A stretch of DNA of 64,000 nucleotides from contig NW_026889796.1 in NCBI RefSeq assembly GCF_033153115.1, positions 7,378,001-7,442,000 on the forward strand. The letters run 5' to 3'. The notes under the pieces are model-generated. The model worked only from the letters and a program-made list of their open reading frames with translations. It searched no databases and was not told the DNA's origin. Positions 40,801-49,170 of this stretch are shown piece after piece. The stretch is from Saccostrea echinata (Eukaryota). A program made the translations under genes and the position numbers. Numbering within the stretch: the stretch's first letter is position 1; each line of letters opens with the position of its first letter.

Positions 40801-43800
40801 TAACTGCTTGATGTCCAGAGTAAAGAAGAAGATTTTTAAAGATTGCATTAAGTTGGGTAGTTTTAGCCCCACCCCTCAGGCCCCAGGGGACAGGGACCAT
40901 GAAATTCACAATTTTTGTTCTCCTTTTCCTACAAATGCGATATGCCAAAATTGGTTGAAATTGGTTCAGTGGTTTTAGAGAAGAAGCTGAAAATTTTCAA
41001 ATGTTAACAAACTGTGAGTATTGAAAATATTTTAAACTGACATATGGTTTTGAAGAATTTCCTCCTTAATAAAGGAGCTATTGGTATATTACATCAAGAT
41101 AAGATCAGGAGTTAGAAAATATTATTTTTATCTCTCCCTTTCTCTTTATTAATTATTACATTTTGCATTTTAGATAAACAGTATTACTTTTACAGAACGT
41201 TGTGGATGGAACTTTTCATAGTTGTTATGCGAGATAACTCGTACGCACTAATGGAGAGATAACTCCTGCAGTACCAGATAGCCTCAACCGTAATCATTTT
41301 GATATAGTTCATCTTCAAGGTAAAATTAATACAGCATTATTGTAAATAATAGCCTTTATGTAATATGTGATGTATAGAAGTTTCCTTGTTTGTTTGAGTC
41401 TTATTGTGTTATTAGCATTCCTCTTGGAAAAAAAGTTTTTATTATCCAATCGTAGTCCTTACTCAAATCACGTGACATAAGATAGCGTCTTTTCACTGAC
41501 TTAGAAGTGTAAACAAGTTAACAGAATTGTTTTTAGAAATTTACCCACCCTCCGTCCCCCTTCATACTCCATGATTAAAACAACTTTACTCTATTTATAT
41601 TTGTAATTTGATTATCATGTTCTGTATGCTTGTGCCGTCTTACTTGCCATGTGGCAGCTTTTTTTTTTGACAACTTTGTGGTTTAGCCAGATCACTAGGA
41701 TTACACAAATGTATTTATGGGCATCTGCTTTTTCTCAGCATTAAGTGAATGGGAATGAAACACACTTTAATTTGAGTGGTAATTTCTTTTTATATAAATA
41801 AAATATGTTTTGTTTGTTTGTATGTTGTTTAACGTCCCTCTCGAGAATTTTTCACTCATATGGAGACGCCACCACTTGCCGGTGGAGAGCTGCAAATTTT
41901 GTCCTATACTCGGCACTTACGGCCATTGAGCAGTGAGGGATCTTTTTCGTGCCAGTACCTACTGCGACACGGGACCTCGGTTTACACGGTCTCATCCGAA
42001 GGACCGGTCTCCACGTCCCACAGTGGGATTCGAACCCGCGACGTAAGGATCAACTCCTTACTCCGGACTCTAGAGCAGACGCTCTAACCACTGCGCCATG
42101 CGGGCGACTAAATATAATATGATTGAGCGTAATGAAATTATATATCCCTAAAACATATTTTAATATTTGTATCTTTTTTTCGAATTCTGATGGTGATAAT
42201 ACGGGAAACATCGATTTCTTTTTTAAGGTTTACCGATACTGCAGACAGCTGGATATATTTTGTTTGTTTGTTTGTATGTTGTTTAACGTCCCTCTCGAGA
42301 ATTTTTCACTCATATGGAGACGCCACCACTTGCCGGTGGAGAGCTGCAAATTTTGTCCTATACTCGGCACTTACGGCCATTGAGCAGTGAGGGATCTTTT
42401 TCGTGCCAGTACCTACTGCGACACGGGTCCTCGGTTTATACGGTCTCATCCGAAGGACCGGTCTCCACGTCCCACAGTGGGATTCGAACCCGCGACGTAA
42501 GGACCAACTCCTTACTCCGCGACTCTATAGCAGACGCTCTAACCACTGCGCCATGCGGGCGACTAAATATAAATAAATATGATTTAGCGTAATGAAATTA
42601 TATATCCCTAAAACATATTTTAATATTTGTATCTTTTTTCGAATTCTGATGGTGATAATACGGGAAACATCGATTTCTTTTTTAAGGTTTACCCATACTG
42701 CAGACAGCTGGATATATGTGCCAGCTATCTAAAATGAAGCCTGTTTGTTTTTAATTTGAAATTAATACTCACATAATCTTATAACGGCTTCATGGATATC
42801 GACATCTTGGAATGTTTTGTGTGCAATGATATCTACATCCATTTTCTGTATAACTCTCTCGTTGTATTCAGCAGGTACAATGATACATGTTTCTTCTTTC
42901 TTCTCCACATAACCAGATGTTGCAAAATATTTCAGAACTATTTCAGATGTTGGGAGATTTGTCAGAAGTGCATAGTAAACAAAACATTCAAAGTCTGTAC
43001 AACTCCTCTGGTCAAATGCATCTGAAAAAGAATACCTAACGTTAATGTACGCTACAATAAAATATTTCCAAATTTAATTTGATTAAGAAAAAAATGCATA
43101 CAATGAAAAATTATCTTAATACCATCTGTCATCCAAGGGTTTCCGGTGTATTCAAAGTTTGCATCTATCAAACTTTTCAGATAGATATTTGCCACTGAGC
43201 GCGGCAATAAAATGAAAGATTCATCTGCATGTTGAATGTATCCTTCCAATCTGAAGAACTTCTTCGTGAGTGTCCTCAATTTATTATCAAATATATATTC
43301 TAGGACTTCCTTTGGAGATCGACATTGGTTTAACATAATCCAAAGAGTCTCCAGCACCACCTCATCAGACAGTAATTTAAAAAAACTGACTGTTGATTCG
43401 TATGAGGAACATGGTTCTAAGCTGGAAGCAACACTCTTATATTCTTCAACTTTGTGAGGAATTTCAGCCATAAATTGTTCTATGTCTTTCAACACGTTTT
43501 TCTTCCATGAAAACTTAAAATTATTGCTGACCAAAGCTGCACATTTTAAAATTAAAACCAGTCTGGAATTTCTGTCAGGGTCGCAAATATTCCCTACAAA
43601 CATTATATAACTTACAATGTTAGCTTGCAATTTGTGAGAGACTGCTTGAATTCGAAGACGGTATGATACTTTCTTATGAACTTACTTTGAACAGAAGGTG
43701 ATGAGACACTTGACATCTCTGTCAGGAGCACTATACATGGTTTCTCTTTTTCGGATTTAGACTCCCAAATTGAAAAGAAATCCGTGGTTTGGGTTTCCTC

Positions 43801-43859
43801 AAGCAAAGTATCCTTATTGATGTCATAAGTTACTCCAACAAGCTTTAGTTTTTGGATTT
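1680..43859 (-). CDS. Multi-exon Roco-family gene: unassigned N-terminal region + Roc GTPase + COR + DZIP3-like HEPN (5' and 3' incomplete)
   Basis: 11 exons with GT..AG junctions, matching phases (1,1,1,1,1,0,0,0,1,1) and no stops over ~1108 codons; Roc G1/G3/G4 motifs, COR motifs and HEPN RxxxxH in the correct order. Confidence 0.85.
2822..3058 (-). CDS. Exon: N-terminal half of DZIP3-like HEPN domain
   Basis: tatgcag|AT acceptor, weak CCAG|gttgtt donor, phase 1-1; NWRVIEKLIAISRDALKVYFDSKLSPQDLEKTL...QLLIMFP. Confidence 0.85.
4456..4528 (-). CDS. Exon: acidic linker
   Basis: ttccag|CAA...ATCG|gtaagt; QRGDDLENERLYEMQEQDENQVVI; phase 0-1 is exactly what is needed to link COR to HEPN. Confidence 0.7.
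7322..7393 (-). CDS. Exon: 72-nt symmetric linker exon
   Basis: cattttag|AGG...AATCAG|gtaagg; RKERTRWIMSREGTNPTGGDFSNQ; phase 0-0. Confidence 0.55.
7500..8741 (-). CDS. Exon: end of Roc + COR domain (414 codons)
   Basis: gattcag|ACA acceptor, TGG|gtaagt donor; HWGEFIPSFWLSVE, LQFFHDIGHILFF, ILDVQWFVDAFKSI, YIPC, FFQRVVVTC are typical COR motifs. Confidence 0.92.
10400..11430 (-). mobile_element. Degenerate non-LTR retrotransposon (CR1/L2-like) 3' fragment
   Basis: GVPQETVLGP, WLMRFNLDKC, LVRPALEYA, LEAVQRRAARF, TRGH motifs with stops and frameshifts. Confidence 0.8.
13150..14110 (-). mobile_element. Degenerate Penelope-like RT C-terminal fragment plus 3' region
   Basis: LEFLIDNIY, QQSVGISM, RYIDD, YDKRDDFNF, SNIP...YISQLIRY motifs; a short related piece lies at ~48570-48630. 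Confidence 0.75.
15546..15693. other. N gap (others: 33703-33842, 48382-48536, 53262-53411, 60567-60727, 62639-62769)
   Basis: Runs of N. Confidence 0.99.
15701..15789 (-). CDS. Exon: Roc G4 region
   Basis: ttttacag|AT...TAT|gtaagt; DYISFWLQSIRTYCGENMPVVLVATHKDKY (Roc-type THxD). Confidence 0.9.
18253..18560 (+). mobile_element. Non-autonomous Helentron/HINE-like element fragment
   Basis: Starts attaaggacttccgtcttcacggaaaaccttat (short palindrome), followed by a (ttc)/(tta) microsatellite. Confidence 0.45.
20200..21372 (+). pseudogene. Harbinger accessory MADF/Myb-SANT DNA-binding gene remnant
   Basis: ELVEWLKNHPTFYNKG...LWQEKAQQM; WYKCMSTTYGKL; C-terminal RTAWANWMGTMFPYIHDDLWEQY. Confidence 0.65.
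21869..22980 (-). pseudogene. Harbinger (DDE_Tnp_4 / HARBI1-like) transposase remnant
   Basis: KLAIILRYLASGGSYKSLMYGFRV, LGALDGKHIAIK, YYNYKRFHSLIL, DADYKFIRVDVGANGSASD, VGDDA, RRIVENAFGILANRW; frameshifted. Confidence 0.88.
23909..23969. repeat. GC-rich hairpin (palindromic MITE core)
   Basis: gtttagagaaagcattccctccgagggcc-gaa-ggccctcggaggggatgttttctctaaac. Confidence 0.85.
24468..24686 (-). CDS. Exon: Roc G3 region
   Basis: tttttcacag|AA...GGAG|gtgagg; [34 protein letters not shown]. Confidence 0.92.
24930..25145 (+). mobile_element. 5'-truncated tRNA-SINE copy
   Basis: Reverse complement of the SINE body at 41810; (CAAA)n tail. Confidence 0.8.
25226..26788. repeat. Foldback: ~309-bp near-identical inverted arms around degenerate tandem units
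   Basis: Arms 25226-25534 and 26481-26788; the ORF track shows near-identical peptides on opposite strands. Confidence 0.9.
27771..28705 (+). mobile_element. pogo/Tigger-type deletion derivative
   Basis: TA flanks; TIRs CAGTAGATTTCTTTTATAACGTA and TACGTTATAAAAGATGTTTACTG; residual transposase tail KQTNITDFL. Confidence 0.8.
29060..29705 (+). repeat. Interspersed repeat homologous to 55470-56130
   Basis: Collinear similarity, e.g. gaaaatgcgtacaatagctaaa, tagtctatgcccttgcactttt, gcgtcaagtcaa. Confidence 0.85.
30577..30727. repeat. ~150-bp palindromic MITE-like hairpin
   Basis: ttcagtgaacatggctttatgaatagcaa...ttgctattcataaagccatgttcactgaa. Confidence 0.88.
30971..31225 (-). CDS. Exon: Roc P-loop and switch I
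   Basis: cttttatgag|TG acceptor (rare GAG), ATGG|gtaaat donor; RARIIVVGCAGAGKTTLVERLK...TTTTVGLDVH. Confidence 0.9.
31330..31712. mobile_element. MITE with imperfect TIRs
   Basis: aaaaaaatatgcgtgtttccggta ... taccggaaacacacacatattttttt. Confidence 0.6.
33105..33400 (-). repeat. Degenerate ~33-bp minisatellite, inverted relative to 38735-39740
   Basis: Repeated ggtaccagattatgaagctacctacc-like units. Confidence 0.75.
33945..34300 (+). mobile_element. Helentron/HINE-like 5' ends with degenerate satellite units
   Basis: aacaagaggctcatgggccaca start; body resembles the 39825-41010 units. Confidence 0.45.
35463..35622. repeat. ~160-bp palindromic MITE-like hairpin
   Basis: gtcgcagctgttgcagaaaaaatacattacccgc-gtaa-gcgggttatgtatttttttctgcaatagctgcgac. 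Confidence 0.88.
37346..37591 (-). mobile_element. tRNA-derived SINE (internally deleted), inserted in decayed satellite-bearing repeat 36540-37730
   Basis: 13-bp TSD gcctttcatttga (37333-37345 / 37592-37604); B box on the minus strand. Confidence 0.85.
38735..39740 (+). repeat. ~33-bp minisatellite
   Basis: Consensus near ctggtacctgttacaggtaggtagcttcataat, many diverged copies. Confidence 0.9.
39825..41010 (+). repeat. ~165-180-bp satellite-like array typical of bivalve Helentron/Helitron-N elements (Cg170-like, inference)
   Basis: Recurrent aagattttcaaagaaataatgcattttcacta...gggtcatgaaattcacaatttt units; decayed inverse copies at ~50930-51600. Confidence 0.75.
41808..42108 (-). mobile_element. 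Full-length tRNA-derived SINE
   Basis: Minus-strand A box TGGCGCAGTGG and B box GGTTCGAATCC; (CAAA)n tail. Confidence 0.9.
42258..42564 (-). mobile_element. tRNA-derived SINE, tandem duplicate of 41808-42108
   Basis: Near-identical copy at a 454-bp offset that also includes ~150 bp of flank. Confidence 0.9.
42773..43021 (-). CDS. Exon: region immediately before Roc (absent from the ORF track)
   Basis: ctttttcag|AT...TTAT|gtgagt; DAFDQRSCTDFECFVYYALLTNLPTSEIVLKYFATSGYVEKKEETCIIVPAEYNERVIQKMDVDIIAHKTFQDVDIHEAVIRL; phase 1-1, joins in frame to (L)RIPKEVLEW. Confidence 0.8.
43123..43593 (-). CDS. Exon: unassigned helical N-terminal region
   Basis: tttgtag|GG...GATG|gtatta; open for 157 codons (NICDPDRNSRLVLILKC...GNPWMTD); 101-nt intron to the next exon; the 5' boundary is uncertain. 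Confidence 0.7.
43686..43859 (-). CDS. Exon: unassigned N-terminal region
   Basis: cttaatcag|AA...CAAA|gtaagt; EIQKLKLVGVTYDINKDTLLEETQTTDFFSIWESKSEKEKPCIVLLTEMSS; phase 1-1 with a 92-nt intron. Confidence 0.6.
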
Positions 43860-44645
43860 CTGATTAAGAATTTATGTTTTCTATTAGGTTGCTAGTATAA
43901 TTGTTACACAGATTTGGACTTAGAGTAGATAAATAAGAATTGCCTTAGTACTAGGTTACTATCATTCTTACATCCTATTTTTTAGATTCGTACTTTGGAT
44001 GTTTATAACCATAAACATTTTACATGTAACGAGTGCAATGAAGTCAAAATATATCACTTTAACTGTAATGACAATAATGTATGGATGGATGCATTTTATA
44101 TAATGTAATATAATGTATACCATAATTTATTTATGCTATCATTAAGCAGTTCTTATCGTTTGCTTCAATATAGAAATGTATAATTTCAATGACCAGTTTC
44201 ACTTGTGGCATATACTAGATGATTCCCCTTTAGTAAAGATGGGTATTAAATTTTTCGTATCACGATACATCACGATTTTTTTCTAAAAATATCACGGTAA
44301 TATCATGATATTTTTACAAACAATCTTTAATAAGATTTCAAATCAATTTTTCCGTAATTTCTCAAAGAAATATGTTCTGAAAACATATCTTCTCTTTTTT
44401 TTTTTCATTTTTATTCATATATTTACAAGTTATTGCTTTGATATAATATGTGAAATTTTGATATACTTAAATAGCAGATGAAGTAACTGCAACATGGAGA
44501 CGTTTTGTACCATCACTGGAAACTGCGTTTTTATAGAACACGGTAATTATTTTATACCCCCCCCCCCCCCCCCGAAGAAGATAGTAGTCTGAAAGACTTA
44601 ATCAATAAACAGGTCTGAGCGATTTCAAAATATGAAAGTCAAGAA

Positions 44646-44983
44646 CGATTGATTGATTGACTGTGTGTTGTTGTACGTCCAGTTCGAGATTTTTTTTCAC
44701 TCATATAGAGACGTTACCATAAACCGGTGAAGGACTTCAAATATAGAACTTTACTCGGCACTTAGGGCCATTTAGCAGTGAGGGATCTTTATCGTGCTAA
44801 CGCCTACCATGACACGGGACCTCGGCTTTTAAGGTCTTATTCGAAGGACCCGTAACTTTCACTTCAAATTGCCGGGTGCTTAGTGAAGGAACATTTGCTA
44901 CTTTTTTTATCGACTTAGGTCAGTCGCGGCCATGATTCGAACACACGACCTTCCAGTCACGGAGCGAGCGCTACCGTGACGGT
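44646..44983 (-). mobile_element. tRNA-derived SINE, second subfamily
   Basis: TSD agtcaagaa (44637-44645 / 44984-44992); shared core; (CAAT)n tail. Confidence 0.85.
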
Positions 44984-46629
44984 AGTCAAGAAAGATAACC
45001 ACCACTTGCTATAAATGCTCAAAATAAACAAAATGCTTCGATCTGACCACTCAGATAACCGCATTTATAGAAACCCATGAGAAAATAAACAAAACATGTG
45101 GTTTTAAACTTTTTTGCTCAAAAGATTTTTTTAGAACAAAATTCATGTAAACTTTATGCATATTAAGAAATAAAACAGTATATATAACAATTCTGCCGTG
45201 GATAAACACGGATTGAAAAACTAAGAATAAATTTTAAGTGGAATTAATATTTGTCACTATGAGGTAGCATTCCCCAATAGTTAATTTGCATTAAGAAAGT
45301 TTATATAAATTCCTCAGATTTTCAGTTTTAAGAGCCCGGCATGCGGATATTTTGGTAGTGGATATATAGCAGTCTTTATTGTTTCCTTTATATAACAAAA
45401 TCATCCAGGTTCTGGTATGCGTGGTAAGTTATGAAAAGTATTCATCTTCATTCCCTTTTTCCCATATTCTACACCTTTCTTTATGCAAGTTTAAAGTATT
45501 TATAACATAGTATTCAGCCCACACTCATGAAACCCGTCATATCTTTTAAAACTTGTCTATACGATGAACACTTGTGTGCTGTAGATAAGTTCATGTTAAC
45601 GATGAAAATCGGACGGCAACGCAAAATTATATTTATCAACATAGAGAATTAGTTATAATTGTAATTAATAATAATTTGACGATGTGGTCGCATTTTGTTG
45701 CACAGTTACATGCATTGATTTTTTTTCCCGAGATTAATATGTCAAGTTAATTCACAGTAAAAATGTGCGGAATACCCTATTCTTCAAAATTTTTATTCTT
45801 ACTTCTTTAAGTATTTTGTCAAAAAAAGTCTTTTTGAAGAAGAAAAAGCACGTGACATTCTCTTTTCTTCCTTTGAAATCTGTTTGGGGGGGGGGGTGTA
45901 AAAATGCTGTTTTCTGATTGGGCAAAAAAATATTTATGTTTATATGAAGTATATTTATAGGAACTTTCAGTTACTGTTCTTGACTTCCATATTTGAAAAT
46001 CGTCTGGACCTGTTAAACGTAACAGAGGTTGCAAAACCCAACAAAGCGTTTTACATGTTTTTTTTTTCTTCGTTGATGGGGGATGAGATGGTGTTCTTAG
46101 TCATGTCAGGATTGTGCATAGAAATAATAGAATATTAAAATACTTGCTGTTTTACTACAGATAATGCTAGGTAGCAATTCATAATCTCAAATAAAGATAA
46201 AAGTTCGGAATAAGCTGATTAAAAAAATTAATAGTAAAAAGTTATTATTTTATATCAGCGAAGGGCAAAATTCTCCTAAACCAAAATTTGTACAACAATG
46301 TGTGCTCAGCAATAAATTGCCAAATACTGAAATCAGACGAATGATTACTAAAGAGAATTACAGCGCCTTGTATGATACATCTTTTTAAAGAAAAGCTGAA
46401 TAAGTTCCGACGAGAATACATGTACATTCAGTATACATGTAGTCTCGGCTGAGATTTGGCTTGCACAGAAATTTATCTACGGGATCGACCGAAGTGGGTG
46501 TGAATTTTCAGACTTGAATTACAAAGGACTGTCCCAAGACTCAGAAAAGGCATCAGTCCAAATATCAAGCCAATCCGAATCTCATTCAAGCTGAACAACC
46601 GGTACACTTTGGTAATATACAGACCTACT

Positions 46630-46867
46630 GTAACAGGGTAAGTGGATCGCTTTCTCCTTTTATAGCATCCCTTGCGAGTTGGTAATCTAAATCCTTGATA
46701 CACACCACAGTCCTCCTCAGAAAAATAGTTGATGAAAATTCTTTTGTCCTCAATAATATATTTGTTTGAGAAGTCATTCACAGCAATGTCAACTCTGTCC
46801 TTCTTCCATACATCTAGTTTACTATCTAATCCCTCTAGTAATATGTCATTTCGCTTCTGTAGAATTT
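46630..46867 (-). CDS. Candidate upstream exon with unresolved frame and donor
   Basis: Good phase-1 acceptor (ctctttattag|AA ATT CTA: EILQKRNDILLEGLDSKLDVWKKDRVD); the strong donor ACA|gtaggt is phase 0 and does not fit the next exon; an alternative frame reads RRTVVCIKDLDYQLARDAIKG. Confidence 0.45.
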
Positions 46868-47323
46868 CTAATAAAGAGAGAACATAAAACATGTAGGCCT
46901 AGTTCATGAATCAGATCTAATTAGACTACATGTAGTTCTACTGCTATGGACATACAATATACACCTTAAATTTCCTTATAAATATAAGGGTAATTAAAAA
47001 ATACGCAAACAATGTCCCTCTTCATCATAATATTATAAGAGTAAGGTCAACGCTTTTTTAATATATTCGATCTATTCAAGATATATTACTAAAGTCAGGT
47101 ACTCTTCACACAATTGCTCTGAAAAAATATAGTTCCATACAGGATCAGCGGATACAACATTACATCAAATGTTTAGAATATCGATGTGTATGTAATACGT
47201 GGAAGAAACAAAATTAACGTACAATGATTTGAAGAAAATTATATTACTTTCATGATTACATTTTGTTACTTAATTATCATACAAATTCTTCTGAGAGAGA
47301 ATGTTAATCATTAATTGTGTGTG

Positions 47324-47356
<33 letters not shown>

Positions 47357-47529
47357 TTCTTATTTTAATGACGGAATTGTTATACAACACTTGCACAGAT
47401 TTCTGATCGCACGTATGTAGACCTAGACTATTTGGTCTTGCAAGCACAGGTGTGTGCATTGTTTGCTACTGAAGCAAGACTGGTGACAGTATTTGCTACG
47501 GATATGAAGAACTATACACCAGAGGGTCG

Positions 47530-48045
47530 TAACATAACGGGTACTTAACTCTAAGACCATTCTTAAGTAGGACTTAAGTACAGTCTTATCCTTAAGACAG
47601 TAGCTAGAAACATGCAAAGATTTGACAATCTTTGCAAAACTTAGGCAGCCGGTAGAGGTGACTCAAGTGTGTCTTAACTTTTTTATGCACATACTTAGAA
47701 CTATTAAATGTTGAATTTGGACGTTAAAACATTCCTATGTTCATATTATGCATTAAAAAAATAAATATGTATTGTATACTGGCATAAGAATTTTAGTTTT
47801 TCGTCGGGGGTGGGGGTCAGTATTATTGATTACTGGTTTCGATATCACTGGCATATATGTTAATGCAAAATTTTATTATTGAGATACTTTTGAAATACTA
47901 GTTGGACCTAGGTTATTAACACTAATTATTATAAGTAAAATTGTACACAGTAATCATGGATTTGTGAGTCCATTGTGAAAATATGAGATGAGATAAATTT
48001 TTAAAAAATGTCAGTGAATTAGACGATGATGACTAGAAAGCTAAC
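47530..48045 (+). repeat. Non-autonomous element; an inverted diverged copy lies at 49245-49770
   Basis: Shared gccggtagaggtgact, aaatgttgaat, aattgtacacagtaatcatg, gacgatRatgactagaaagct. Confidence 0.8.
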
Positions 48046-48836
48046 AAAGAATACTAAAACTTAGATTAAATGTAGAACGCAACAAGCGCGGATTCAGACA
48101 GGCAGGGTTCACCACCGTCAGAGAGAGAGAGAGAGAACTGTGATAAGTTGGACACATACAAAACCAATTCTTTTCGTAACATAAAGCTTGCTAAGTTTTA
48201 GACTTAAGTCGGGTCATAAGTATGACTTAGACACAATCTTAGGACCAGCGTAAGTATTGCTTTAGTACGTCTTATACCGTAACATAGAACGAACTAAGCG
48301 AGGTCTTAGCTAAGTCAGACTTATGTTCACACTATTTCTGATGAAAAATCCTTGTTATTCAAGTTATTTACATATATTGATNNNNNNNNNNNNNNNNNNN
48401 NNNNNNNNNNNNNNNNNNNNNNNNNNNNNNNNNNNNNNNNNNNNNNNNNNNNNNNNNNNNNNNNNNNNNNNNNNNNNNNNNNNNNNNNNNNNNNNNNNNN
48501 NNNNNNNNNNNNNNNNNNNNNNNNNNNNNNNNNNNNATAACTTTTAGTCAGGTTAGATTTATTTAGATCTTACTCCTCCATGGCACCTGATCACACCTCT
48601 GATGTTTTAGAGGTCCGTGTTTGCTCTGCTCCATAATTTGTACTGGTTAATGGACTTTTGAGCTTGAATACTGTTCGTTTTCTTCATACATTTCATTTCG
48701 TATAGAAATTATAATTCTGTTAAAATTGACTCTGAATATTTGAAAACAAATATTGCATATTCATGAAGTGGCAAGGGTTCAATCTAAATGCATAACCTTT
48801 GTTTAAAACACGATCATTGCGATATTTTCAGTTTAC

Positions 48837-48932
48837 CTTTTGTTGTAACTCGTTTTGACAAATGTTCACACACGTTGTCATTGTCGTAACATGGTACGAT
48901 AACCGAACGTCTATCTACTTGAAATTGAAACT
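48837..48932 (-). CDS. Candidate upstream exon
   Basis: tttttattag|AG...AAAG|gtaaac; FQFQVDRRSVIVPCYDNDNVCEHLSKRVTTK; open, phase 1-1. Confidence 0.5.
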
Positions 48933-49125
48933 CTAATAAAAAATACAAAACAATAGGGACATTTTGAATACTTTTCACCCGGATGTATCAGCCCATGTCA
49001 GCAAGCAAAGACTGTAAGCGTTTTATGAAATACTTATTTACAATTTAACCACTGGATCGAAAAGAATTGTTTTTAGAAGATAAATATTTCGTTTGTCTCC
49101 AACTTATCAACAGTTCTCTCTCTCT

Positions 49126-49170
<45 letters not shown>

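Noticed and set aside
42020-42108. tRNA-like A and B boxes
   Set aside because: SINE head; I could not fold a full cloverleaf
41860-42592. Repeated ORFs METPPLAGGELQILSY...
   Set aside because: Antisense translation of SINE copies, not genes
43594-43615. 22-nt GTAAG...TAG mini-intron
   Set aside because: Too short, and splicing it gives the wrong phase and a stop
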